Source of the DNA: a virus | Taxonomy: Duplodnaviria; Caudoviricetes | Strand: one strand, 5' to 3' | Virus record (IMG/VR): IMGVR_UViG_3300032292_000722 | Span: 3,043-67,042 of that record | DNA: 64,000 nt | In this document: positions 7,676 through 17,476 of the stretch, piece after piece | Position numbering within the stretch: position 1 is the stretch's first letter | How the letters are laid out: the number at the start of each line of letters is the position of its first letter | Notes under the pieces: model-generated | Told to the model about the DNA's origin: nothing | Seen by the model: the letters and a program-made list of their open reading frames with translations, nothing else | Databases searched by the model: none | Made by a program: the position numbers and the translations under genes

Positions 7676-7900
7676 TTATATTGTCCACTTTTTTTCCGGA
7701 CAAGCGTCTGCTCCTACCGGTGAGAACACCTTGGCGCTCGTAGTACATCCACATTTGCCACAATAATCGCGTATAGTAGATTGCACCCAAAACTCACAAT
7801 TAGTACATATTCCAAGCCTTTGTTCAGCTATTATCTTTTGCTCTTCTGTTGGATTAAAAGCAGTCGCATAGGATATTAAAATTTCTTTTAGTTTGTTCAT
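7676..7900 (-). CDS. Small Cys-rich metal-binding protein
   Basis: CTNC...CGKCGC...CPEKKW. Confidence 0.7.
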   Translation of the reverse strand: MNKLKEILISYATAFNPTEEQKIIAEQRLGICTNCEFWVQSTIRDYCGKCGCTTSAKVFSPVGADACPEKKWTI

Positions 7901-8688
7901 TTTTTAAAGTATTTTTTATAGTAGTTTTCGTTAAATTTGAAAGCATTTATATTAATGTACTTGTAATATTTATCGTAGGTATCTTCTAATTCTTTTGATG
8001 TTATTGGTTTTAATGGTTCTGTTGGAATATCGCCTGATGCTTTTTTATGGTTTTCAAAATTGTCTGGATTGTCTATATCACCACTTTGTTTATGCCCAGC
8101 TACCTCTGATGGGTCGCCCCAATTAAAGCAATAAGATGGCAAATAATCTTTATTATGCTCATCTAACTGACCTTCATCTCTTAGCTTAGTGTACCAACTT
8201 AAACCTTCAAATCCTGTTTTATCCACTCTAAAGCCTATCTCCCTTATTTTATCCATTTTAATAATAACGCTAGCTTCCATTGTATTCATTACCAATTCAA
8301 GCTTATCTTGTGTAGCAAAAAAGCTCATCTCTGGCTTCCACGCATCTTTACCATTAGCCTCTATGCCATCTACTGCTTGTTGCAAATGCCATGGAAGGTA
8401 AATATCATCATCATCTGCTAGCATAAAATAATCACCCGTAGCATGAGTAACTGCATCTCTACATATTTGCCCGCGATTCTCGTATGGATTACCGGTTAGA
8501 TAGTCTATATCATTATTAATTATAATTACTGCTGGGTCTTGAAAAGCTAATTCATACGGATTTTCTTTATCAGTATTAAATATTATTAACTCTTTATTTG
8601 GATATGTCTGAGCATAAAACTGTGATAATATTCTTCTCACGCAATAATACCTTCTGTAGCTAGTACAAACAAAACTTACTTTTTTCAT
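7897..8688 (-). CDS. Glycosyltransferase family 2
   Basis: VSFVCTSY.R...ELIIFNTD...YFMLADDDDIY GT-A motifs. Confidence 0.85.
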   Translation of the reverse strand: MKKVSFVCTSYRRYYCVRRILSQFYAQTYPNKELIIFNTDKENPYELAFQDPAVIIINNDIDYLTGNPYENRGQICRDAVTHATGDYFMLADDDDIYLPWHLQQAVDGIEANGKDAWKPEMSFFATQDKLELVMNTMEASVIIKMDKIREIGFRVDKTGFEGLSWYTKLRDEGQLDEHNKDYLPSYCFNWGDPSEVAGHKQSGDIDNPDNFENHKKASGDIPTEPLKPITSKELEDTYDKYYKYININAFKFNENYYKKYFKK

Positions 8689-10139
8689 TAATTGTTTTTT
8701 ATATTAAATGGATAAAAATTAAGGTCATGGTTTTCATAATTTGCATTAGGAAAATCTATGCCTTCTATTGGTAAAGAAATATGGTTTAATCCGACTACTC
8801 GACAATCTTTTCTTAAATATGTTAACTCTAAAGTATTTGGATAATTGTTTTCGCCAATTGGTATAAAACTATGGCAATTATTATTTTCATGAACATGAAC
8901 AATATGGTGCGTTTTACTTAAATTTTTAAGACCTTCCAAAACTGCTGGGTTGGTAAATATATCATGCACTTCAATAACAATTTGTTTTATATTATTTAAA
9001 TAATTTACAAATTCAGAACTTAATAGATTCCATTCCCCTCCTTCTATGTCTAATTTTAAAAATATATTTTTGTAATTTTGTACATATTCTAATAAATTAT
9101 TTGTACTATCAATGTTTTTATTAATATAAATCATTTTATCTGGGAAACAAATATGATTAAAATTTTCAGAATCAAAGATTACGCCATTTATATTATATTT
9201 TTTCATAAAATCATATTCAAAAGAAATATCTGGACCAACCCCTCCTGATATTATAAAGTCATAATCATATCCATCAACAATAACATAACCACCATCCCTA
9301 TTAACACCTAGTCTAGTTTTAGCATTAACTGGATTGTGCATTATTAAATTTTCAAGTATAGCTAAATCATTTTTATTTATATGCGTTCTTATTTTTTCAT
9401 AAAAATAAATCATCTTAACATTTTCTTTATTATAATGAAATGGCGCTGTAAAACTACTTGCCCAGCCTCCATGATACCCATAACAATAATAAAATATAAG
9501 TTTTTTATTTAAATTATTATTCATTGCGCCAGCTAGATGTGATGTCCCAGTATCACCGCCTATGTAATATTCGCAATCTGCTAGATGTTGTAAATTATCT
9601 TTGAAATCATTTGATATTTTAAACCCATTTATTGAAATATTTTCTGGCAAATAATCTTTTATACAAATATATTTTTCATAATCATTAAATTTTTCGCTTG
9701 AATAATCATTAATAATATCTTGTAAAAGTTCGTTAGAGAAGTTTCTTTCTGTATTATAATGAGCATCTATTAATGGGAATATACATATTTTTTTCTTTAA
9801 ATTATAATTTGAAGACATCTCAATTAAATCAAAATGATTTTCTCTAAAACTCCAAATTTCAACAAACCCTGCAAAGTCATAATTACCAATACTTTTGGAA
9901 ATATAATCCGAATTTTCCATTATAAAATCTCTAAATATTCTTACATAATCTTTATCATTTTGCAAAGCTGAATCAGGAACGTAAAACTTTATATTTGGAT
10001 TATTATTGACTTTTCTCATATACGCCAATACATTTAATGTTGCAATTAAATCACCCATTTTTAACAAGCCACCAAACTGATGACCTTTTATATTAATAAC
10101 AACATCGCCATCCTTATATAATTCATTTACTAATGACAT
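8688..10139 (-). CDS. Fusion of a GT9-like glycosyltransferase and an FkbM/Methyltransf_22-like methyltransferase
   Basis: N-half MGDLI...YIGGDTGTSHLA (GT9 signature); C-half RLG...DGGY, SGGVG.DISFE, LKLDIEGGEW. Confidence 0.7.
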   Translation of the reverse strand: MSLVNELYKDGDVVINIKGHQFGGLLKMGDLIATLNVLAYMRKVNNNPNIKFYVPDSALQNDKDYVRIFRDFIMENSDYISKSIGNYDFAGFVEIWSFRENHFDLIEMSSNYNLKKKICIFPLIDAHYNTERNFSNELLQDIINDYSSEKFNDYEKYICIKDYLPENISINGFKISNDFKDNLQHLADCEYYIGGDTGTSHLAGAMNNNLNKKLIFYYCYGYHGGWASSFTAPFHYNKENVKMIYFYEKIRTHINKNDLAILENLIMHNPVNAKTRLGVNRDGGYVIVDGYDYDFIISGGVGPDISFEYDFMKKYNINGVIFDSENFNHICFPDKMIYINKNIDSTNNLLEYVQNYKNIFLKLDIEGGEWNLLSSEFVNYLNNIKQIVIEVHDIFTNPAVLEGLKNLSKTHHIVHVHENNNCHSFIPIGENNYPNTLELTYLRKDCRVVGLNHISLPIEGIDFPNANYENHDLNFYPFNIKNN

Positions 10140-10141
10140 AA

Positions 10142-10789
10142 CTATAGCCCTTTATAATTTGTATTTATTTCTAATAAATCTTGTTTTTCTTTTAGCCATG
10201 TTGCTGACCCATGATGCCAAGCAAAATCTCTTAATTCTTGTAATGAGGCATTTGATTCAATATTTAATTTTTTTAATTTATTATGAACTATTGTATCGTC
10301 AAAATCAATTGTACAATCTAAGCCTATATATTCTTTTAAATATTTACTAAAAAAATTAGGTCCAAGCCATGTATAGGAAATATTATTATAAATATGTTCT
10401 AACATAGGATGATTTTTTTTAAAACCAAATAATGAGTGGCAAATGGTTGGGTCATTATCCCAATGATTAAGATGTATATAGCCGTCTTTGTCATCTAATT
10501 TTAACTCAGAAAATGGCTTAAATACTTCATAATCACAATCTACATGCAAACCCCCATATGCATAAATTATATATAATCTCATTACATGCGCTATATTTAC
10601 CCAATCTTTATCTTTTAAAAATTTATTTTTTAATTCTACTAATTTTTCAGGCAATTCTGGTAAATTATCATTATCCCAAAATATATATTCATAATCTGGG
10701 TTCATTTCTTTTACTTTTTGAGAAAGCATTTTATCTCTTTCTGTAATATGATATGGACCAATCCATATTTGATGTATAATTTTTTCCAT
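10142..10789 (-). CDS. GT32 (Och1/Sur1-like) DxD glycosyltransferase
   Basis: KIIHQIWIG...YGGLHVDCD. Confidence 0.8.
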   Translation of the reverse strand: MEKIIHQIWIGPYHITERDKMLSQKVKEMNPDYEYIFWDNDNLPELPEKLVELKNKFLKDKDWVNIAHVMRLYIIYAYGGLHVDCDYEVFKPFSELKLDDKDGYIHLNHWDNDPTICHSLFGFKKNHPMLEHIYNNISYTWLGPNFFSKYLKEYIGLDCTIDFDDTIVHNKLKKLNIESNASLQELRDFAWHHGSATWLKEKQDLLEINTNYKGL

Positions 10790-11718
10790 TATATTAACTT
10801 TGATTTTTTTTCTAGTTTTTGAATAATTTCATAATATTTTTTAGATGCAGTGCCTTCTTTAATTTCCAAATTTTTATTATAAGGAAGTTCATTCATGTAA
10901 AGTGCTTTATAAAATAATCCACCTGCTGCGTCTGTGACCCCAGCGTTGTGGAAGATATTTAATCTATCCCAATCAGCTTCTGTACTTGTTGCCCATGCAA
11001 ATTCTAAATCTGGGTGGCAAATGCTTTCGTAGCCTAATTTCCAGCCATTCCAAAGTACGGCCCACATATCTGAACACCATATTTGTAGTTCATGGTATGA
11101 TGGATTTGCTGCTTTCTTTTCGTTGTTTATGTCGGTAATTTCTTTGAATAATCTTTCGCAATCTTTTTCTACATTAGCCCAAAATTGAGCGTTGATTCCT
11201 TTCATTAAGTATTGAGCGCCTATTGCATTTAGTTCGTTATCTTTTACTAATTGCTTGTCTATGTCTACTATCTCGCACATTTTATCTAATATGTCTTCTC
11301 CTTTGGAAATTATGTAGTCATGTCCTATGTACCATCTGCAATCACTTCCGTACCATTTATTATCTTGAAGATATTGTTCCCAATTTATTGGTTTGGTAAA
11401 TACGATATCGCAGTCATGATAAAGTACGGCTTCATTCTCTATTTCCGGATACTTTGTAAAGTGTTGCTTTAATATGTTGGGACGGATGGAAGAAATGTAA
11501 TGTCTAGTTTCTCTAGTGTCATCATAAAAAAAGAATCTAGCAGGATAGCCATTAGCTAGCTTGCTGTATTCTTCTGGGATTTCGGCGTTCTGCTTCCAAC
11601 AAACAATATCTACTTGGTTAAGATTGATACCCATTTCAATAAAGTTATTCAACATTGTTTCGAGTTGCCAAGAATAATACTTTATTGCGGGCTGAGCGCA
11701 AATAAATCTTAGGTTCAT
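10789..11718 (-). CDS. GT-A glycosyltransferase, resembling HPAT/SERGT protein O-glycosyltransferases
   Basis: IRPNILKQHF...VLYHDCDIVF...WCSDMWAVLWNG; family assignment from recalled motif similarity only. Confidence 0.5.
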   Translation of the reverse strand: MNLRFICAQPAIKYYSWQLETMLNNFIEMGINLNQVDIVCWKQNAEIPEEYSKLANGYPARFFFYDDTRETRHYISSIRPNILKQHFTKYPEIENEAVLYHDCDIVFTKPINWEQYLQDNKWYGSDCRWYIGHDYIISKGEDILDKMCEIVDIDKQLVKDNELNAIGAQYLMKGINAQFWANVEKDCERLFKEITDINNEKKAANPSYHELQIWCSDMWAVLWNGWKLGYESICHPDLEFAWATSTEADWDRLNIFHNAGVTDAAGGLFYKALYMNELPYNKNLEIKEGTASKKYYEIIQKLEKKSKLI

Positions 11719-11729
11719 ACTTTTTTTAG

Positions 11730-11737
11730 CAAAGTTA
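11730..11737 (-). promoter_or_regulatory. -7 box TAACTTTG
   Basis: CAAAGTTA upstream of 11718, next to AATTAAATTAAT. Confidence 0.6.
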
Positions 11738-11756
11738 TTTAATTAAATTAATAAAC

Positions 11757-12134
11757 CTAATATTCTTTGTAAGATTTTTCTTCGGTTAGTTCTGAGCCGT
11801 ACTTGGCGTTGATTTGTTTTTTCATGATGGCTCTGACATCGTTTAATTGGTAAACCTCTCTAGCTAGTTCTACGAACTTTTCTCCAAAGTCTTTTTTGTG
11901 TTCGTGTTCTCTTAGATGGTCTTCTACTGCCCATAGTTTTTTGTTTATGGAGTATAGCTCTTGAACTAAAGGGTCTATTAAAATGACTGAGTGTTTCTTG
12001 TGGAGGGCGTTTTTTACCATTTTCCACTCTTTATCTATGTTTATAAGCTTTTCTGTATCGTGTATTAAAAGCTTTTTTATGGTTAGGATGGTATATTTGT
12101 CCACCACTTCACCGATGCTGACTTCTATTTTCAT
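11757..12134 (-). CDS. DUF6165-like helical protein (glycosyltransferase-associated)
   Basis: IEVSIGEVVDKYTILTIK...LW.VED.LR...F...F.ELAR.VY..ND.R...K..IN...GS...EEKSY. Confidence 0.8.
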   Translation of the reverse strand: MKIEVSIGEVVDKYTILTIKKLLIHDTEKLINIDKEWKMVKNALHKKHSVILIDPLVQELYSINKKLWAVEDHLREHEHKKDFGEKFVELAREVYQLNDVRAIMKKQINAKYGSELTEEKSYKEY

Positions 12135-12138
12135 GGGC

Positions 12139-12146
12139 CAAAGATA
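12139..12146 (-). promoter_or_regulatory. -7 box TATCTTTG, 4 nt before the ATG
   Basis: Minus strand TATCTTTG-GCCC-ATG; divergent intergenic region. Confidence 0.6.
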
Positions 12147-12208
12147 AGATTTTTACCATTAATCATTAATTTAATTAAATTAATTACTACTTTTACAAAA
12201 ATACTACT

Positions 12209-13570
12209 ATGCCTACAAGCTACCCTCTCTACAAAGATTCTGTCCGAAATTGGTTTCTGCAAAATGTCCCCTTAGATACTACTATATTAGATATTGGAGC
12301 AGGATGTGGTACTTATAGTGATTTGATTCGTGGTTATGGTTATAAAATGGATGCAGTAGAAATATGGGAACCATACATAAACCAATATGGGTTAAAGAAT
12401 AAGTATGGGTGGGTTTATGAAGAGAATATCCTTAAAATGCCCTTTGATGTACTTGGAGCCTATGATTTTTATATATTAGGTGATGTTTTGGAACATTTGT
12501 CTGTGGAAGATGCCCAATGGCTTATGAATTTTTTAAAGATAAAAGGTAAACAATATCTTGTTGCTGTTCCTTATGTAATGGAGCAAGGAGAGCATGAAGG
12601 CAATGTCCATGAAACCCATTTACAGCCTGACCTTACGCCTGAAATAATGCTAGAAAGGTATCCTGATTTAGAACTGCTTTATGGCAATAATTATTATGGT
12701 TATTATACAAATAAAAAACAAAAACATGAAAAAGCTTATGTCCTTTATGCTGATGATTCCTATTATGACCTTGTGGATGCTTGTTGTCGTTCCATTAGAA
12801 ATTTTAGTGATTACCCTATATATGTTTATATGCTTAATTCTTCTCAAAAGGTGAATGTGGCAAATACCATTACTAAAAGATGGGATTGTGATGTAATCCA
12901 CTTAAAGAAAAGAAATGACTACATAGATAGAGAAGATAAGCAGATATATAAGCTATTAATTGAAAGACCTAAAATTGTACGAGATGCTTTGAAATATGCT
13001 GAAGTTGTGGCTTATGTGGACACAGATAGTGTAGCTAGCCCATATGTAGATAGAATATTTGATTATTATAATGGCGCAGATATTTATCCGTTCTTTACAG
13101 CTGGTATTTATGATTATCTTATTATTAATGGGCGTGGTGGTGCCGCTAGTAGAGATGAAATGCATACTACTCTTGAGTATGAGGCTTGTAAATTATTTGA
13201 TGTGGACCAAAAAGAATCAAGAGAAAATTATAGGCAAACAGGATATTTTGTTTGTGGTCAAAAGTCTATATGGTTTTTAGATGAATGGGCGTGGATGTGT
13301 AACCACCCTAGAATATTAGAAGATAATGCAAAATACGCGAGCTTCAATGAAGAATCAATCATGAATATTTTACGCTGGAAGTACCGATTCCATAGAGGTA
13401 TGCCATTAGTTTATGTCAATGGATTACGCAAGGGGCTTGAGTTTAAAGGATATGAATACTTTATGGGTGAATGGTTTAAAGTGCCTGCACAAAAAGATGA
13501 TTTACTTTTTTACCATGGAGAAAAAGATATAAATAAGATTAATGAATTTATAGAATATTTAAAATTATAA
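12209..13570 (+). CDS. Class I SAM methyltransferase fused to a GT-A glycosyltransferase
   Basis: ILDIGAGCG, DAVE, LGDVLEHL in N-half; YVDTD DxD motif in C-half. Confidence 0.8.
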   Translation: MPTSYPLYKDSVRNWFLQNVPLDTTILDIGAGCGTYSDLIRGYGYKMDAVEIWEPYINQYGLKNKYGWVYEENILKMPFDVLGAYDFYILGDVLEHLSVEDAQWLMNFLKIKGKQYLVAVPYVMEQGEHEGNVHETHLQPDLTPEIMLERYPDLELLYGNNYYGYYTNKKQKHEKAYVLYADDSYYDLVDACCRSIRNFSDYPIYVYMLNSSQKVNVANTITKRWDCDVIHLKKRNDYIDREDKQIYKLLIERPKIVRDALKYAEVVAYVDTDSVASPYVDRIFDYYNGADIYPFFTAGIYDYLIINGRGGAASRDEMHTTLEYEACKLFDVDQKESRENYRQTGYFVCGQKSIWFLDEWAWMCNHPRILEDNAKYASFNEESIMNILRWKYRFHRGMPLVYVNGLRKGLEFKGYEYFMGEWFKVPAQKDDLLFYHGEKDINKINEFIEYLKL

Positions 13571-13572
13571 TT

Positions 13573-13776
13573 ATGACACCAAAAGAAAAAGCAAAAGAAT
13601 TATTTGATAAATTTTTGATGGAAATTCCAAATAATGAAATGTCATTAGAATATGAAGCATCAAGACAATGTGCATTAATAGCAGCAGATGAAGTAATAAA
13701 TACAATAATGTCAGTATATCAACCTGAAACAAAAGCATTTTGGTTTGAAGTTAAACAAGAAATAGAAGCATTATGA
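13573..13776 (+). CDS. Conserved Bacteroidota phage small protein
   Basis: MTPKEKAKEL...W.EVKQEIE pattern. Confidence 0.75.
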   Translation: MTPKEKAKELFDKFLMEIPNNEMSLEYEASRQCALIAADEVINTIMSVYQPETKAFWFEVKQEIEAL

Positions 13777-15809
13777 AGATAGTTTATTTAGCTCCTCACC
13801 TCAGCACAGGTGGATGCCCACAATTTATTTTAAAGCGTATTCAATCTTTGCTTACACATACCGAAGGGAATGAGGTTTATGTCGTTGAGTATAGTTATCA
13901 TGGTGATGCTTATGTGGTACAAAGAAATGCCATAAAGCAATTGCTTGGTAAGAATTTTGGCGCACATTTTAGTACAAAAGTAGAAATTGCAGATTATATA
14001 GGTCTTATCAATCCTGATATAATTCATATAGATGAAATGTCTGAAAGATTAGACCAACATTTGATGAAAGCTTTGTATAAAAATGATAGAAAATGGTATA
14101 TCATTGAAACTTGTCATGATATTTCGTTTGTCCCAAGTACAAAGGTTTTTCACCCAGATTTGTTTATGTTCTGTAGCCCTTACCATGAAGATACATTTGC
14201 TGATTTGGAAAGTTTGTATGAAACAATAGAATACCCTGTTGATTTTAAAGTTATTGGTGGCAAAGAAAAGATTAAAGCTAAGATGCAATTAGGAATGGAC
14301 TTGAACAAAAAACATATTCTTAATGTTGGTTTATGGACTAAAGGTAAAAACCAAGGTGAGATGCTTGAGATAGCTAAAAAATATCCAGAAATGATGTTTC
14401 ATTCAGTAGGTAATCAAGCAGGTAATTTTGCAGATTATTGGCAGCCACTTATGGAAGATGTCCCACCTAATGTTAAGATATGGGGTGAGAGAGCAGATGT
14501 GGAATTGTTTATGACTGCGGCGGATGTTTTTATGTTTAATTCTACTTGGGAATGTAACCCATTAGTTTTGCGTGAAGCTATGGCGCATACGCTACCGATA
14601 GTGGCTAGAAACTTACCACAATATGGCGATATGTTTACCAAATACCTAGACCCTATTGATACAGATTTAAGAACTATTACTAGAAAATATAAAACTTCTA
14701 ACGATAAAAATTCAAGAGCATTTGCCTTAAAGCATGAAAAAGCTTATAAGGAACTTATGAAGGTGCCAATTAGAAAACAGCAAGTATCTATCACGCAACA
14801 CTTTGTCAATCAGCCATTCTTAGAGATTAAAGGTAATAGTGAGAGTGATTTTTTAGTTCAATTTTTAGACGAAAAAGGTAGTATATATTACCAAAATACG
14901 ATAAAAGCAAACCATTGGGTACGATTAAATAGGCAGTGGTACACAAAATGGAGGACAAAAGTTTTCGAGGGGAAAGACTTGATTTACAATAGTACCATGG
15001 ACTTGGAAGGTAAAAAAGTTTTTATAGCTATTGATAGCCGTAGTTTGGGTGATACGCTTGCATTTATTCCTTATTGTGAGGCGTTTAGGATAAAGCATAA
15101 TTGTGATGTGATTGTGTCGACTTTTTGGAATAAAATACTAGATTATCCCGATTTGGAGTTTGTAGAGCCGGGGACGATGGTTAATTGTTACGCTATGTAC
15201 ATGTTGGGTTATTTCCATGATTCTGATAAAGAACCAGTACCTGCAAATAAAGTTCCACTACAACAATGCGCCTCGAACGTTTTAGGGCTAGATTTTGAGG
15301 AGTTGGTACCAAGAGTAAGGGTGAACAGAGAAAGGCTGGATTTGGGCAGATATGTGACAATAGCGACTAATTCTACAGCACAATGCAAGTTTTGGACAAG
15401 GAGCGGATGGCAAACCGTTATAAATTACCTCCATTCTAAAGGGTATAGGGTAATCAATGTTTCCAAAGAAGCTAACCCATTTGATAATTGTGAACCTATA
15501 GCCGATACTTCAATTGAATATACCATGCAAGTAATTGCAGGGGCTGACTTTATGATTGGTTTGAGTTCAGGGCTTAGCTGGGCAGCCTTTGCTATTGGTA
15601 CCCATGTCGTGCTAATATCGAACTTTACAGCATCAGACTATGAATTCACTACAAAATGTACAAGGATTGTAAATACGAAGGTATGTCATGATTGTTGGTC
15701 AGAGCATAAGCTAGATTCTGCAAACTGGAATTGGTGTCCGCGAAACCAAAATTTCATTTGCCAAACGAGTATCACACCCGAAATGGTTATTCAGCAATTG
15801 CCTCTGTAA
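13773..15809 (+). CDS. GT4 glycosyltransferase fused to an Aah/TibC-like autotransporter O-heptosyltransferase domain
   Basis: N: PHLSTGG, GLWTKGKNQ, FNSTWECNPLVLRE; C: SRSLGDTLA, STAQCKFW, GLSSGLSW, CHDCW...WCPR...C Cys cluster. Confidence 0.8.
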   Translation: MKIVYLAPHLSTGGCPQFILKRIQSLLTHTEGNEVYVVEYSYHGDAYVVQRNAIKQLLGKNFGAHFSTKVEIADYIGLINPDIIHIDEMSERLDQHLMKALYKNDRKWYIIETCHDISFVPSTKVFHPDLFMFCSPYHEDTFADLESLYETIEYPVDFKVIGGKEKIKAKMQLGMDLNKKHILNVGLWTKGKNQGEMLEIAKKYPEMMFHSVGNQAGNFADYWQPLMEDVPPNVKIWGERADVELFMTAADVFMFNSTWECNPLVLREAMAHTLPIVARNLPQYGDMFTKYLDPIDTDLRTITRKYKTSNDKNSRAFALKHEKAYKELMKVPIRKQQVSITQHFVNQPFLEIKGNSESDFLVQFLDEKGSIYYQNTIKANHWVRLNRQWYTKWRTKVFEGKDLIYNSTMDLEGKKVFIAIDSRSLGDTLAFIPYCEAFRIKHNCDVIVSTFWNKILDYPDLEFVEPGTMVNCYAMYMLGYFHDSDKEPVPANKVPLQQCASNVLGLDFEELVPRVRVNRERLDLGRYVTIATNSTAQCKFWTRSGWQTVINYLHSKGYRVINVSKEANPFDNCEPIADTSIEYTMQVIAGADFMIGLSSGLSWAAFAIGTHVVLISNFTASDYEFTTKCTRIVNTKVCHDCWSEHKLDSANWNWCPRNQNFICQTSITPEMVIQQLPL

Positions 15810-15966
15810 CTTGAGCTTTGTCTAGGTCAATGGCTACTTTCTCAATAAATCCTAGTATTTCTTTACCATATTTAGTTGGTAATTGCTCGTTAGCATAGTT
15901 CATTAATACTTGAACTTGTTCTGCTGTTAATGATGGTACTGGTAATTGTTTAGTTTCTTGGTTCAT
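15787..15966 (-). CDS. 59-aa tail-fibre-adjacent protein
   Basis: MNQETKQLPVPSLTAEQVQVLMNYANEQLPTKYG...; has its own promoter. Confidence 0.65.
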   Translation of the reverse strand: MNQETKQLPVPSLTAEQVQVLMNYANEQLPTKYGKEILGFIEKVAIDLDKAQVTEAIAE

Positions 15967-15981
15967 ATATTTTTATTTTTG

Positions 15982-16012
15982 CAAAGATACTTAATTAATT
16001 TAATTATCCAAA
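15982..16012 (-). promoter_or_regulatory. Bacteroidota promoter
   Basis: Minus strand TTTG(16012-09), 19-nt spacer, TATCTTTG(15989-82). Confidence 0.75.
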
Positions 16013-16017
16013 TGTAG

Positions 16018-17445
16018 CTACAACCCTGCTTTGTTTAATCTTTCATTTAATTCTTGAATAGATTTTAATGGTTCTACAATTACCTTGCCATTATCATATG
16101 TTATATCTGTATTCATCATAAATTCATCTTTTCTTTCACCTATAACCATCCAAGATATTTCATCTGCTGAATTTGTATTTTGACTTTCTATGTAAATAAT
16201 ATTACCAATAACTTTCCCTTTTACTAAATCCCATCCGCTTTCATTTGTAGTAAAACATTGTACTTCTCTACATAATGCTTCAAAAGTACCATTAGTCATT
16301 GTAGATACTTCATCTATGTTAGCTTCTGCTTTACCATTTACTAAAGTAAGTTTGCCTCTATAAATCAAATCTGCTTGAGGTGATTCAACACTAATATGAC
16401 GCAAATTATGCGTTTCTTTTAAATTTGGAAGGGGATGTTGTATTAAAAATGGTTTTGTACCAGCAGATAAAACTCCTTCAACTGATAAATTTCCTAAACC
16501 AGTTAACAATGTAGCTATTTTTAATGTATCATTAGTAAGTGCATATATACATACATTTGCAGTTGTATAAGGGAATATAAATTTTCCAGAATCATTAATT
16601 CTTATTCTTTCTGCTAAAGCATTTGCTGATGCACCATTTGGTTTTGTCCAAAAACTTAAAAATCCACCATATAATCCAGCATCTGTTAATTGTATTCTTG
16701 CTTGAGGATAGGTAAACGCACTTCCATACCCAACCATATCTATTTTAACTCCATTATTTGAAGTTAATCCTAATGTAGATTCTGATGCTCCTGAATTTAT
16801 TGTTAATTTATAATCTGGAGTAATTGAACCAAGATTTGTATTTCCATCTCCTCTAATACTAAAATATGTAGTATTATTAGCAGCATTATTTACTCTAAAT
16901 GCTACATCTCCTGTTGTAGTACCCCCTCTAACTATTGCACCATAAGAAGAGCCAGATGTTGTATTTGCCCAAAAACTACCAGCCCAGTTTGCAGCTGTAC
17001 CAGTTACACTTAATTGGTCGCCTGTAGGAGTCATATTAATACCAATCGTACCAGTAGATTTAATAATCATTCTACCTGTATTATCTGTAGCTAATACAAA
17101 GTCAGTTGTATTAGCCGTTCCAATTGTACCATTATATGCACCTCCATTACCACTGCCCCATATAGTCCCTGTAGAACTAGCTACTGCAATGTTTAAATTA
17201 CCGCCAGTATTTATTATTTCAGCATATTGGTAACCTGTTGTAGCTCCTGTTGAACTAAATATTTTACCATTATTAGCACTTGTAAATGTAGTTTGACCAC
17301 TAACCAATAATGTACTACTAACCTTAGCTGTACCAGTTACTTCTAATTTATAACTACCACTAGGTGCTGCTCCTATTCCTACGTTGTTAGATGCGTCAGT
17401 TAGTATTGCTAAAGGAATTGTCCCTAATTTTTGTGTAAGCCCCAT
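16018..17445 (-). CDS. Tail fibre / receptor-binding protein 3
   Basis: NVGIG, RMII...G.IGI fibre repeats; C-terminal KPFLIQHP...RHISVESP..D.IYRG chaperone-like domain. Confidence 0.75.
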   Translation of the reverse strand: MGLTQKLGTIPLAILTDASNNVGIGAAPSGSYKLEVTGTAKVSSTLLVSGQTTFTSANNGKIFSSTGATTGYQYAEIINTGGNLNIAVASSTGTIWGSGNGGAYNGTIGTANTTDFVLATDNTGRMIIKSTGTIGINMTPTGDQLSVTGTAANWAGSFWANTTSGSSYGAIVRGGTTTGDVAFRVNNAANNTTYFSIRGDGNTNLGSITPDYKLTINSGASESTLGLTSNNGVKIDMVGYGSAFTYPQARIQLTDAGLYGGFLSFWTKPNGASANALAERIRINDSGKFIFPYTTANVCIYALTNDTLKIATLLTGLGNLSVEGVLSAGTKPFLIQHPLPNLKETHNLRHISVESPQADLIYRGKLTLVNGKAEANIDEVSTMTNGTFEALCREVQCFTTNESGWDLVKGKVIGNIIYIESQNTNSADEISWMVIGERKDEFMMNTDITYDNGKVIVEPLKSIQELNERLNKAGL

Positions 17446-17476
17446 ATTCTTTATTTTTTATTTGTAGCTACTTTGA

